A stretch of DNA of 64,000 bases, taken from IMG/VR virus record IMGVR_UViG_3300031963_000026, positions 1 through 64,000 of that record. One strand, 5' to 3'. Made by a program: the position numbers and the translations under genes. How positions within the stretch are numbered: the stretch's first letter is position 1; each line of letters starts with the position of its first letter. Source of the stretch: an uncultured virus (IMG/VR IMGVR_UViG_3300031963_000026) (Duplodnaviria; Heunggongvirae; Uroviricota; Caudoviricetes). A model generated the notes under the pieces. It was not told where the DNA came from. It saw only the letters and a program-made list of their open reading frames with translations, and searched no databases. Shown piece by piece: positions 27,783 through 37,798 of the stretch.

Positions 27783-28061
27783 TTATCTAGTTTCAAGAGC
27801 CTCAATCTTAGATTTTACAATATCTGTCATTTCAACAATTTCCTCCACTTTTGATGAAATAATACACTCCTTAAGTATGTTGTAAGGAATATTCAAGAAG
27901 AAATCGTACCCATTGAAAAATCTAAGGTCCGAACATTCCACAAAACAACCATTAATCATTTTAAGAAACAGCTTGAATTGTGTTCCATCAACAAATCTTT
28001 CGTCCAAAATAACACCCAACTCAAGGTGTTGGACTTTAACTCTACTAACCATCTTAATCAT
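27783..28061 (-). CDS. Hypothetical protein
   Basis: ORF; TATCTTTG box upstream. Confidence 0.7.
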   Translation of the reverse strand: MIKMVSRVKVQHLELGVILDERFVDGTQFKLFLKMINGCFVECSDLRFFNGYDFFLNIPYNILKECIISSKVEEIVEMTDIVKSKIEALETR

Positions 28062-28088
28062 ACAACAAAGATAAGTATAGAAATTTAA

Positions 28089-29058
28089 TTATCCAACTAT
28101 TTCAAAATTTTTTGATTTTTCTTTTGTCACATCAAAATCTCTTAACGATCCACCCGCATTTAATTTCACATAATGTCTTATGGCATCATCCAAATTTGTA
28201 AATTGGTTTTCCTTACTAATATCTTTAATTAAAAATTTAACAGCAATTTCTGAGGCAATCTTAGGATCATTAACCAAATCAGGATTAGATACCAAATCTT
28301 TACCAATCAAATTACCATATTTGGAATAATTACCTTTACCTGTTAATTGGTTCAACCCTCTACCCCTATACATCCAACCATCATCACCACCTTGATTCCC
28401 CGCAACCTTTGAATAAACCACCTTAAAGAATTCCTTTGGATTGTTTTTTAATTTGGATAATTGATCATCCGATAAATGTTTAACTCGTTTTCCAAAAATA
28501 TTCCTAAGTTTAGAGTTAGATGTTTTACTATATGGATTTTCCGATTGCGGAATAAATCCCGATTCCTTATCAATCGTTGATAGTATCGCCACTTGGGCAT
28601 AAGGATTGGTCAAACCAACTTTAGTCATCTCATCAATCATACTATTAACAACACTACCCTTCGACCCCGAATAATTGTGTTTAATTTTTCCTTTTAATTT
28701 TGGTACATCAGTTTTTACCTCTTCTTTATTTGACGTATCAATTGGTGATCCAGGCTTTTCTTGCAAAATACTATTAAAAAATTCATCAGTGATTTCACCA
28801 TTAACCTTCAACCCTTTTGCTTTTTGGTATTGTTCAATAAAGTTCTTCATTTCCGAATCGTACTTACCATTCAACTTAACACCCGATATACCAAAATCTT
28901 TAAGTAACTTTTGAATTGCGGTCACTTTAAACCCTTTGTCACCTAATTTTGGATATTCTTTTTTATCCTTCATTGCTTTAATACCGCTAAGAATTTTTCC
29001 CTGCACAAAATCATCCAAACCCAAAAGCTCAATAAATTGTTCAACTAATATTTTCATA
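28089..29058 (-). CDS. Peptidoglycan-binding domain plus glycoside hydrolase family 19 (lysin)
   Basis: LGDKG..V.AIQKLL...YQKAKGLKVNG; KESGF; YRGRGLNQLTGKGNY; start approximate (MKILVEQ). Confidence 0.85.
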
Positions 29059-29088
29059 AAAACTTTTAATATAAATACCTTATTAAAC

Positions 29089-29117
29089 AAAAAAACCCAT
29101 CACAATCGTGATAGGTT
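29089..29117 (-). terminator. Rho-independent terminator of the large ncRNA
   Basis: Minus strand AACCUAUCAC-GAUU-GUGAUGGGUU followed by a U-run. Confidence 0.75.
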
Positions 29118-29119
29118 AT

Positions 29120-29945
29120 ATTGGCTAACGCTGAGACTAAACGTTTTGGTTGGTTGCCTTTGGAGGGATTATCCGAGGTTTGGTTCCCCAATCTTGTCCA
29201 CATATGTTGCCATACGTATCAACCAGTGTCGGTAACTATCGGTTACCACTCGTTTCGTTGTGACTTACTCCACACTTACTTATGTCTGTTCAATCTTGCT
29301 AGACTGACTAAAGGATGGCCGTCCTACCAGCACTTTCGTTATGAAACCTAACAGACTTGCGGTCTGATTAAGTTCTTGGTTGACGCAAGGTCCCAAGAAT
29401 TAGACACCTTTCATCACAACGCCCGAAGGCTTTCGCTTCATCTTGTTTTTAGTTCAAATACAAATTGAGTAGCCGTGAGTTTTGAAGGACGTGCTTCGGG
29501 AGAAGTTTCATATCTTTTGGACACAAAATGCTTCACGACCTTCTGTAAGTCTGCAAACCTACGGTTCATAAGGATTACGTTGTTTCACAACTCGGAAACC
29601 CTTCAGAACTGGTGCCAAGCCCTACTTCCAATTGCAGTCGGAGTCGAACCTTCACCTTCAACTTTTCCTATTGGTGTCACCACCTCAACCTCGAGTCTCA
29701 CTTCTCGAGATGAATAGATTCTCTCAGCGGTTGCCCCCGAGATTCCATCCGTAGTTGATTTGCTTAGTTGTCAAATCTTATGATCTGCGAGACTGTCGGT
29801 TGCTAAACCATAAAGTCCCATTTAGTCCCGTCACCGGGGTTATCTAATGACGCTAAGCCGCCAATACCGTCGACCTAATTCCTTGAGAGGGGAAATGGTC
29901 TTTTTCAAAGAACGTTGTCGGTTTTGAGTATTATCCGACGTTTTG
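29120..29945 (-). ncRNA. Large structured ncRNA of about 800 nt (GOLLD-like candidate)
   Basis: No credible ORF; higher GC than flanks; many GNRA/UUCG-capped hairpins; promoter and terminator. Confidence 0.7.
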
Positions 29946-29950
29946 GACTA

Positions 29951-29982
29951 CAAAGTTAGAACAACTTTTTCGTTCTGTCAAG
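29951..29982 (-). promoter_or_regulatory. Promoter CTTG-N20-TAACTTTG driving the ncRNA
   Basis: Bacteroidota -7 box TAnnTTTG. Confidence 0.65.
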
Positions 29983-30076
29983 TCTTTTTTTGAAATTTTT
30001 TTGGGGTAATTTTTATAAATATACCCTAAATCTCAAAAATCTCACTCAACACTACAAAATTACAAACTTTTTTTCA

Positions 30077-30535
30077 TTATGTCAAGATATTTTTGAAAAT
30101 TTCTTCATTTTCTTTGAAACAAGTATAATGATTGTGGTATGCAAGATGTCTAGCCTCAACTTCCAAGGGGTGTTGTTCATACCCATACACCTTTAATAAC
30201 TTCTCATATTTTGTCGCCACAGGTTGCATAGAATGAACATACTCGTGAATGATCGTTTGTATCAAATCACCCAACGTTTTGTGCATAGTATAGTTGATAC
30301 CAATGATATTATCTTCGTGATCATACCAACCAAATGTTGTCTTACCATCAGGTCCTTTACTACCTTTAATACAGAAGTGTGATATTGGTGATTTTCTACG
30401 TCTATTCACACCCATATTAGTTTTACACCACCCAATAACAACATCGGCAATCTTTTCAGTTCTTTTCCTACCGATTCTCTTAACTGAAGTACTAATATTT
30501 GTAACCATATCACAAAGATAATTACAAAATTTCAT
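30077..30535 (-). CDS. Zinc metallopeptidase-like protein
   Basis: IHEYVHSMQ...HPLEVEAR. Confidence 0.7.
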   Translation of the reverse strand: MKFCNYLCDMVTNISTSVKRIGRKRTEKIADVVIGWCKTNMGVNRRRKSPISHFCIKGSKGPDGKTTFGWYDHEDNIIGINYTMHKTLGDLIQTIIHEYVHSMQPVATKYEKLLKVYGYEQHPLEVEARHLAYHNHYTCFKENEEIFKNILT

Positions 30536-30697
30536 ACTTCAAAAGTGTTAATGTCGTTTTTTTCAAAAAACCAACAAAATATCACCTAACAACACCATAA
30601 GAACAAAAAAACACCATATTATACACTAAAACGAAAAGTTAATGATATCTTAATAACACACCGAAAAATTCATTTTATACAAATCCTTTTTTATTTA

Positions 30698-31276
30698 TTG
30701 TTATGGATAAACACTTTTCTACTAAACAATTTAATTATGAAAACACTTTTTACACTACTATTTTCGTTTGTTTTTATTTCAATTTCTGTCGCAAAATCAC
30801 ACAAAAACTATGGAACAATAAAATCTCAAAAACTCTACGAATGTATTGAAAAATACTCAGAAGAGTTGGGTGTTCCCAAACACATCGCTTATAACATAGC
30901 AAGACTTGAAACCGGTTACAAAGGACCAACCCACAAAAACTACAACCCACACAGAAGATCAAGATGTGGGGCTGTCGGTCCAATGCAAATCATACCACGT
31001 TACGCAAAAAAACTCGAGAAGAATTTAAGTAACAAAATCTTAATGTATAATATTGAAACGAATGTTAGAATTTCGTTGAAGATGTTAAAGAAACATTACA
31101 ACAGGTACCATTCTTGGGAAAAGGCAGTCGCTTGTTACCATAAAGGTAATCCAAGACCTAACAAATATTCAAGATATGTTACAACAAATTACAACTACCA
31201 TCGTAAATGGGATCGGTCCTATAGGAATGATTACCCAAAGTGTGATACGACAGATATAATTTACGCAAACAGATGA
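30698..31276 (+). CDS. Lytic transglycosylase (SLT domain) with signal peptide
   Basis: ARLETG, GAVGPMQI, AVACYHKG; hydrophobic N-terminus (likely start 30737). Confidence 0.85.
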   Translation: MLWINTFLLNNLIMKTLFTLLFSFVFISISVAKSHKNYGTIKSQKLYECIEKYSEELGVPKHIAYNIARLETGYKGPTHKNYNPHRRSRCGAVGPMQIIPRYAKKLEKNLSNKILMYNIETNVRISLKMLKKHYNRYHSWEKAVACYHKGNPRPNKYSRYVTTNYNYHRKWDRSYRNDYPKCDTTDIIYANR

Positions 31277-31280
31277 AAAT

Positions 31281-31312
31281 AAAAATGGGGGTCATTGACC
31301 CCCATTTCTTTT
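31281..31312. terminator. Bidirectional terminator
   Basis: AAATGGGGGTCA-T-TGACCCCCATTT between convergent genes. Confidence 0.75.
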
Positions 31313-31901
31313 ATACAATATCCTTTGACTCAATCAAAGTATATGTAAATGAATTACCGTGTTTATCTCGGGACTTCCTAATGATTTCCATAAAGGAATC
31401 AAAATCCGCCGATCTTTTGAATACTTGGCAACCTTCCGACCAATTTTCTACGTATGTTGAATCAACACCCGCTTTATGAATGTTAATACCGAAAACACCT
31501 TCTTGGATTTTGTTCTCGTCGTGTTGCATATCTTTATCAGCATCACGATATACTTTCACATTCTTAGCTTGTCTCAACGCTTCATACTTACCTTGGTGTA
31601 ATCCGATTATGTGAGAACTTCTATACTGTCCTTCAACCAATCTTGCAACACCTGCAGCGTTATGATACTCCAACATCGCTTTCTTACCGGGATCGGTTGT
31701 GATCGTCCATTCATGATACTTCCATTGACCACCAACTTTATAAGATAGTGTAATAGTATCATCAAACGCATTCGTTACTTTATCACCTGTTGCTGAATTT
31801 CTTACTCCTACAATATTAACATCATAGTCGGTATCAGAATCAAACCACTTATAACCTTTTGTCTCAACCGCTTTTTGGATTTTCTCTCTACTGTAAGCCA
31901 T
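31311..31901 (-). CDS. L,D-transpeptidase(YkuD)-like peptidoglycan enzyme, putative endolysin
   Basis: GINIH...WSEGCQV His/Cys motif; adjacent holin-like gene. Confidence 0.55.
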   Translation of the reverse strand: MAYSREKIQKAVETKGYKWFDSDTDYDVNIVGVRNSATGDKVTNAFDDTITLSYKVGGQWKYHEWTITTDPGKKAMLEYHNAAGVARLVEGQYRSSHIIGLHQGKYEALRQAKNVKVYRDADKDMQHDENKIQEGVFGINIHKAGVDSTYVENWSEGCQVFKRSADFDSFMEIIRKSRDKHGNSFTYTLIESKDIV

Positions 31902-32155
31902 TATCCTTCAGTCTCCTCATCTTTTTTAGGTTTTTTAGGTGCTGCGAAGTTATCCAATGATGTTCCGAACAAACATGCAATAGTAACATACTCGACCGCA
32001 CTTACCAACTCAGCCGATGGTTTAATTTCTTCGTGAGTAAATGAATTAGCTATCATTGTTCCAGCAAGTGCAAGGAAACCAATGAAAGCGATTACTCTCT
32101 TTGAGCTCACATCTCCCGATGCGGAACTCAACATTGATTTGAAAAATTTTTTCAT
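31901..32155 (-). CDS. Holin-like two-TM protein
   Basis: SSKR followed by two TM helices and a charged tail. Confidence 0.55.
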   Translation of the reverse strand: MKKFFKSMLSSASGDVSSKRVIAFIGFLALAGTMIANSFTHEEIKPSAELVSAVEYVTIACLFGTSLDNFAAPKKPKKDEETEG

Positions 32156-32189
32156 AATATCCTGTTTTATGAATAAATATCTTCAACAA

Positions 32190-32579
32190 TCAAATTCTAC
32201 TCAAAAAATCAATAAAGGATTGTGTCATCGGTGTCGGTAAATCATCCAAATCAAAGAACCCACATTCAGTATGTTCAAACCCATCTTGAGCCATGTCCAA
32301 ATCAATATCAATCATCTCATCGGACTCATATAAGAACATATGAATTACCTTTGTTACCTTACCTTTTATTATAATTCTACCAATATAATTAAAATCACCT
32401 TGCAGTTCATAACCTGTTTCCTCATAAAACTCTCTCATCGCACCTTCGGGCGGTGATTCGTAATCCTCAACATGCCCTGATGGAATAGACCAATAACCAC
32501 CAAGTGTTTGATCCATCGCCCTTTTACACAAAAGAATTTCATTTCCAACTTTATATACAATTCCTGCAATTTCTTCCAT
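32190..32579 (-). CDS. NUDIX hydrolase
   Basis: PSGHVEDYESPPEGAMREFYEETG Nudix box. Confidence 0.88.
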   Translation of the reverse strand: MEEIAGIVYKVGNEILLCKRAMDQTLGGYWSIPSGHVEDYESPPEGAMREFYEETGYELQGDFNYIGRIIIKGKVTKVIHMFLYESDEMIDIDLDMAQDGFEHTECGFFDLDDLPTPMTQSFIDFLSRI

Positions 32580-32589
32580 ATTTATAAGT

Positions 32590-32949
32590 ATGTTATATCC
32601 AGTTAAAATAAGAATAAATGACCAAGTTTTCAAATGTGAAGTTAGACACACTAAAAGTGACTTGGAAAAAGGTATGATGGGAAGAACATTTCCCGATACT
32701 AATTATAGTATGTTGTTTATTATGCCAACATCAGAAAGACAAAGTTTTTGGATGAAAAACTGTGTTCAACCATTAGATATACTTTTTATATCGGGTGTTA
32801 AAATTACAACAATACATAAGAATTGTCCTCCTTGTGATGAAGAACCTTGTGAAACTTATGAAGGTTACGGTGGTTTTGTGTTAGAATTAAACGGTGGTGC
32901 CTGTGATATGTACGGAATAAACGAAGGTGATAGAATTGAGATTATTTAA
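32590..32949 (+). CDS. DUF192 family protein
   Basis: GMMGR, MLF, FWMKNC..PLDILF, VLELNGG. Confidence 0.82.
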   Translation: MLYPVKIRINDQVFKCEVRHTKSDLEKGMMGRTFPDTNYSMLFIMPTSERQSFWMKNCVQPLDILFISGVKITTIHKNCPPCDEEPCETYEGYGGFVLELNGGACDMYGINEGDRIEII

Positions 32950-33308
32950 TCCCAATGAACACTCATATAAGGCCTACCATCCTTAAGATGTAACTCACCC
33001 ATTCCCCAACCTTCAACATTACGAAACGTAACAGATCCACCGGACTTAACATCTACCATATCCTCAACTCTTACAACCATACCTGGTGTTAATTTTTGGT
33101 TCTTACCTTTTGGATCTAATACAACGGTACCATTAACATTCATCACCGTTAATTTATTTCTATTAACCGGTTTCAAACTCTTTTCAACAATTTTACCGTC
33201 ATTAGTCATAATGGATCCAAATTTAATTCCCGATCCAACTTGTTCACTTATTACTTTTTTTACTAATCTAACTAAATCAGATTCAGTAAGTCTTACAATT
33301 TTACTCAT
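32946..33308 (-). CDS. Hypothetical protein with MSKIVRLTESDL...VISE leader
   Basis: ORF; leader class shared with 57580..57870. Confidence 0.75.
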   Translation of the reverse strand: MSKIVRLTESDLVRLVKKVISEQVGSGIKFGSIMTNDGKIVEKSLKPVNRNKLTVMNVNGTVVLDPKGKNQKLTPGMVVRVEDMVDVKSGGSVTFRNVEGWGMGELHLKDGRPYMSVHWD

Positions 33309-33309
33309 A

Positions 33310-33678
33310 TTATTTTAATGTTAAAAGATATTTTAATTTATTAAATTCCGCCATCATTTCATCTCTAATGTTTAACAGATCACTATCACCCGCATCATAT
33401 ACATCATTCAGTGATAGTAAAAAATCAACACATGAATTTACATAATCATCAATACTAATTTCATCAATATCAATAATCTCAATATTTAAGACACCATTAT
33501 TTAATCTAGGTCTCCCATGTTTACCCATACAAACCTCAACAAACTTATCAATTAAGTCATCTAATGCATCATACACACCACCAAACGCTTGGTGTTGAGC
33601 ATAACTTGTGGTTTGCCAATGCAACATTTTAACCTGTTGTTGCATCTTCATCATGTTTTCAATTATTTCAACTTGCAT
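33310..33678 (-). CDS. Ferritin/Dps-like four-helix protein
   Basis: HWQT.SYAQH.A...YD.L..LID.FVE. Confidence 0.65.
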   Translation of the reverse strand: MQVEIIENMMKMQQQVKMLHWQTTSYAQHQAFGGVYDALDDLIDKFVEVCMGKHGRPRLNNGVLNIEIIDIDEISIDDYVNSCVDFLLSLNDVYDAGDSDLLNIRDEMMAEFNKLKYLLTLK

Positions 33679-33679
33679 A

Positions 33680-34678
33680 TTATATAAAATTAATTAATTT
33701 AGAAAAGTAATCATCAATAGAGTTAGAACTAGCACTTGATGGTTTTTCAACTTCCACCGGTTTAATTACCGCTTCGGGTTTAGTGGTCGTTCCCGAAACT
33801 TCGTCATTGAATAGTTGGCTACCTTCACGAGTGTTTGTAAATTCTTCCATTTTCTCGTTAACGGTTTCCTCACCATATTTATTAACCAATTGCTCGGGGG
33901 TTGTGAATTTAGTAATACCCATGTAATCCAAAAATCTACCCCAAAATTTAGTTTTTAATATTAACTTACTTAATTGAGGATTTCTCCACCAACCTATCTT
34001 ACGGAAAAACTTAGTTAATTTACCCATCTTATCAACATTAAAATCTCTAAACACTCTAACTGATTTTGATGTCTTTCCCGTCAATGCCGCTTCTTTAGCA
34101 CCCGCAGTGAATAATTTAATCCAATCTGAGATTAAATTAATAAACCTACCAATTAAAGGTATTTTCCTACCTTTCTCTAATATATTCATCAATGGTTGTG
34201 ACCATTTTGATGTTGTATTAGCCAAACTAGTAACCGCCTTGTCACCTTTTAAGATCTCCTGTGCGACTTTTGAACTCTTACCCGTAGCCATCGCCACTTC
34301 CAAACCTTTAACACCTTTACTAGCCATCGCAACACCTTTTATTGGTTTTGCAATAAGATCACCAACATAAGGTATTGCTGATATCATTGATAATATTCCA
34401 AAAAACTTTTGACCTCTTGAGAAATAGATAACACCATTCACTAAATCAACAACACCTGTTGGATCAAAAATACCCACGATATCACCCGCAGTTTGAATCC
34501 AATCCATAACACTTTCATTTATATCTATAATGTCATTAGGATATAATATCTTCAAATATTCAATAACCGCAATCTTAGCCTCATCATCAAAATTCTCAAC
34601 GATACCTCTAACTCTTTTTAATTCTTGGTTAGATAACATTAAACGATTAACCTGCGACTCCGCTAGTTGTAATTTCAT
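33680..34678 (-). CDS. Protein with pre-toxin TG-like helical motif
   Basis: DIVGIFDPTGVVDLVNG..Y..G...ILSMISAIPYVGD. Confidence 0.5.
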   Translation of the reverse strand: MKLQLAESQVNRLMLSNQELKRVRGIVENFDDEAKIAVIEYLKILYPNDIIDINESVMDWIQTAGDIVGIFDPTGVVDLVNGVIYFSRGQKFFGILSMISAIPYVGDLIAKPIKGVAMASKGVKGLEVAMATGKSSKVAQEILKGDKAVTSLANTTSKWSQPLMNILEKGRKIPLIGRFINLISDWIKLFTAGAKEAALTGKTSKSVRVFRDFNVDKMGKLTKFFRKIGWWRNPQLSKLILKTKFWGRFLDYMGITKFTTPEQLVNKYGEETVNEKMEEFTNTREGSQLFNDEVSGTTTKPEAVIKPVEVEKPSSASSNSIDDYFSKLINFI

Positions 34679-34867
34679 AAATTATTTTTATTTATAATAA
34701 ATACCTACAAAAACAAAAAAAGGGAATCCCTTCCCATCATTTTTCACGATTCAACATCGTCCTCAGCATAAGCACCCTCATCTTCTTCTTCAGGGTCATA
34801 AAAATCTCTCATAATGTTTATTTATAAATATAAAAAAAGGGACCTAAGTCCCATTTTCCAATATTAA

Positions 34868-35551
34868 TTAAAAGTAAAAATAAACGTCGGGATTACGTGC
34901 ATCAACCATCTGAGTTTCAAACCAAGTGTGTCCAATCTCCCAAGTACCCTCAATTGTGTTAATAATGATAGTTCCTTCTCCTCCATCATTGTTTTCCCAT
35001 CCACCATAATTATCGTATAAAATCTGATAAGCATAGTTTTGATATTCAGACCCATTGTAATCATCATCACCGTCAAATTCTACATCATCGTGTATAGATC
35101 CATCATCACCACCACCACTATATTTCGCAGTATAAACACCACGACCTTCCAACTTTTCCATCCAATCTTCAGATATTGTACCTTCAGAATACGAATCTTC
35201 AGATCCGTAAGATTCATATTCAGCATCAAACCATACTTTCTTTTCATCAACACCTATATAAACATCAACTGTAGAATAGTTAATATCTTCATGAACGTTA
35301 TCAAATAATTTATCCCATAAATCACTTTCAGTAAAAAGGTCATCAATTATTTGATTTACACCGAAATCTTCCTTAATGGATACATTATTAGTCTTAGAAT
35401 ACCAATAATCAATACTATCCGGTTCTGTACTACCATCATAAAAATATAAGGTGGTATATGCCTCACTAACATCCGCTTGCATTTTTAGATATAATGAAAA
35501 TATCTTAAATTTTTTTTTCAATCTTTCGTCTAATTCAATCTCAATTGCCAT
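34868..35551 (-). CDS. Acidic protein, DUF6878-like C-terminus
   Basis: YSGGGDDG and GWENNDGGEGTI. Confidence 0.5.
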   Translation of the reverse strand: MAIEIELDERLKKKFKIFSLYLKMQADVSEAYTTLYFYDGSTEPDSIDYWYSKTNNVSIKEDFGVNQIIDDLFTESDLWDKLFDNVHEDINYSTVDVYIGVDEKKVWFDAEYESYGSEDSYSEGTISEDWMEKLEGRGVYTAKYSGGGDDGSIHDDVEFDGDDDYNGSEYQNYAYQILYDNYGGWENNDGGEGTIIINTIEGTWEIGHTWFETQMVDARNPDVYFYF

Positions 35552-35571
35552 ATCTTTTTTTTATATAAATA

Positions 35572-35925
35572 TTAGTCTTCTATGTTTAAGTCCATAGTTC
35601 TAATCATCCAAATAGGTCTTTCTTTATTTTCTATAGCCTTTAACCATTCTTTCGCCGATGGTATATAATTGGAACAATCTTCCCTTACGTGTTGTTCACC
35701 AACATATCTAGTATAAACTACCGTACCATCTGAGTTAACAAACGATTCTCCGAACACCTTCTGACATTCAAAAATTCCCTCACTATGATGTCTGAATATT
35801 CTGTGGTTTGAATGTCCATACCACGCTTTGGTTTCATCAAACCAATTATGAATATGAATATAATCTTCAACCTTCCCACCAAATTTTTTCACAGATGATT
35901 TAGCATGTAACATCGGATGTGCCAT
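35572..35925 (-). CDS. DUF6915-like His-rich protein
   Basis: HP..HA.SS..KFGG..EDY..IH.WFD; HR..RHH; EQHVRED. Confidence 0.6.
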   Translation of the reverse strand: MAHPMLHAKSSVKKFGGKVEDYIHIHNWFDETKAWYGHSNHRIFRHHSEGIFECQKVFGESFVNSDGTVVYTRYVGEQHVREDCSNYIPSAKEWLKAIENKERPIWMIRTMDLNIED

Positions 35926-35927
35926 AA

Positions 35928-36782
35928 TTAAAATGTAATTTCCTTTTGATTTTTAGTTAAAACAAACTCACCAACTCTCTTCCTTGCAATGTCCGCATAG
36001 TTTTGAGATAATTCAATCCCAACCCATTTACGATCCAACACCTCGGCAGCAACCAATGAAGTTCCCGATCCCGCAAACGGATCCAAAACAATATCATCTT
36101 TATATGTTAAGATTTTTATCGCCTTGGTCGGAATATCCATTGAAAATGTTGCCTTGGTCATTGACCTTGTGTCTGCGAAGTAATTCCATTGTCCATACAC
36201 CAACTCGATAAATTCTTTTTTATCTTCGTCTTGATATACTCTTTTTGTTTTTCCTTCCACGTCTTTCTCTTCATATTTCCATTGAGGTTGTCCTTTGTTT
36301 ATTTTCTTCGGTGATCCTTTATAAGCCAAAATCACACATTCCTTTGGATTATAAATATACGGTGATGACGGACTCATCCAAGAACCCCAAGCAGTTGTCT
36401 TACTTCTATGTGGTGATTGTTCCTCCAAATCAACAATACCATAAAACCCAAAACCGATTTCTTTCATAATTTGCCAAACCTCAGACGCAATAAAAATACG
36501 ACCACCCTTCGTTTGTCGGTTAATCTCATAAGGAATATTCAACGATATACGACCACCTTCTTTCAACACATTAAACGCTTGTGTTAACCAATTTCTGGTG
36601 AAAACTAAATAATCGTCAATATGTAAATCATCTTCACAAACATCATAATCAATCCCCACACCATACGGAGGACTAGTAACGATCAAATCAATAGATCCCT
36701 CGGGTAATGTTTTCATAACTTCAACACAATCACCAGTGATTATTTTACTCAAAACATCACCAATATCTTCAATTTTCTTCAT
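35928..36782 (-). CDS. N4-cytosine/N6-adenine DNA methyltransferase (beta class)
   Basis: TSPPY near the N-terminus, VLDPFAGSGT near the C-terminus. Confidence 0.9.
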   Translation of the reverse strand: MKKIEDIGDVLSKIITGDCVEVMKTLPEGSIDLIVTSPPYGVGIDYDVCEDDLHIDDYLVFTRNWLTQAFNVLKEGGRISLNIPYEINRQTKGGRIFIASEVWQIMKEIGFGFYGIVDLEEQSPHRSKTTAWGSWMSPSSPYIYNPKECVILAYKGSPKKINKGQPQWKYEEKDVEGKTKRVYQDEDKKEFIELVYGQWNYFADTRSMTKATFSMDIPTKAIKILTYKDDIVLDPFAGSGTSLVAAEVLDRKWVGIELSQNYADIARKRVGEFVLTKNQKEITF

Positions 36783-36928
36783 CTAATATTTTTTTACTAA
36801 GTAATGATAATCAATTTTTAACTAACTTTCAATGTTGATAAGTTTTTTGATGAAAATTAAAATCTATGACTAACTTTGTAATGTTAAAAAAAAGAAGTAA
36901 TAATTCAAACTCAAAACTATTTATTATT

Positions 36929-37210
36929 ATGAGACTTAAAGATTTATGTGATTTTTCCCTGAATAATCCTGATGCCGACTTTTGGTTAGTTAGAAAAGGT
37001 TCCGCTAATGTTGTGGGAACACCAACTAAAGAATTCTCACCCGAACACATCGGAGTTACCGTTACAAGGACCGATATCCTTCTTCCCGATTATCTGTTCT
37101 ACGTATTTCAATATTTAGTTTCATCAGGTAAACTACAACAATTATCTCACGGAACAACCAAACTATCAAATATTAAGATATCCGATATTGGTAACATACA
37201 AGTAGGATAA
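36929..37210 (+). CDS. Hypothetical protein, weakly similar to HsdS target-recognition segments
   Basis: LLPDYLFY...GTT..NIKISDI; TATTTAT before ATG 36929. Confidence 0.55.
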   Translation: MRLKDLCDFSLNNPDADFWLVRKGSANVVGTPTKEFSPEHIGVTVTRTDILLPDYLFYVFQYLVSSGKLQQLSHGTTKLSNIKISDIGNIQVG

Positions 37211-37224
37211 AAAAATGGGGGTTA

Positions 37225-37464
37225 TTAAACCCCCGTTTTTGTTTTAATGATATTCTCAATCTTTCTTTCAAGATACCATTTTGCCTTTGTTAAATCTTCC
37301 AATTCCTTCATTGGGTTCTTTTTTCCTGCTCTTGAGATGTATTTCACCGTATTACCTAAGTGAAAATCCAAGTCCCAAGCCTCAATCACCTTAATGGCTT
37401 CATACACATTTGTTTCACCACCGTAATGACCTGGGTGATTAACCATATCTTTTTCTTCTCCCAT
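37225..37464 (-). CDS. DUF3310 (SaV-like) protein
   Basis: VNHPGHY, FHLGNTVKYISRAGKK, EDLTKAKWYL. Confidence 0.85.
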   Translation of the reverse strand: MGEEKDMVNHPGHYGGETNVYEAIKVIEAWDLDFHLGNTVKYISRAGKKNPMKELEDLTKAKWYLERKIENIIKTKTGV

Positions 37465-37476
37465 ATTATAAACTGT

Positions 37477-37662
37477 TTAATTTTTAACAATAACAAAATA
37501 ATCTTTTCCGTATTTACTTTCTTCAATGATCCCTTCTTCAATCAAACCGATCAAATATTCTCTCGTTTCCCAATCACTCTTCTTCAGGATGTATTTAGCA
37601 ATAAATCCGATGTGTAATGGTTGAGCCAATTTTTTTAAGAGTTTCCCATCAATGTCATCCAT
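37477..37662 (-). CDS. Small winged-helix-like protein
   Basis: ORF; LIEEGIIEE. Confidence 0.55.
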   Translation of the reverse strand: MDDIDGKLLKKLAQPLHIGFIAKYILKKSDWETREYLIGLIEEGIIEESKYGKDYFVIVKN

Positions 37663-37798
37663 ACTTTTTTTTCATAAAGTTACAAAATTTATTCCACTTC
37701 GTCAACAACTTTTTCTCTAATTATTATCGCACCATCATAATCCTTATAATCTTCATACTCCTCGGGTGTAATTATAATAAACCTGTGCGCCATATAAA

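Noticed and set aside
29600..29670. tRNA gene around GGTTCGACTCC
   Set aside because: I could not build an acceptor stem or cloverleaf; treated as a T-loop-like motif within the ncRNA
28936..29717. Plus-strand ORFs 28936..29235, 29121..29351 and 29475..29717
   Set aside because: Non-ATG starts, atypical composition, antisense to the lysin or to the structured RNA unit
35928..37210. Complete restriction-modification system
   Set aside because: No restriction endonuclease is recognisable; methyltransferases appear orphan and the HsdS resemblance is weak
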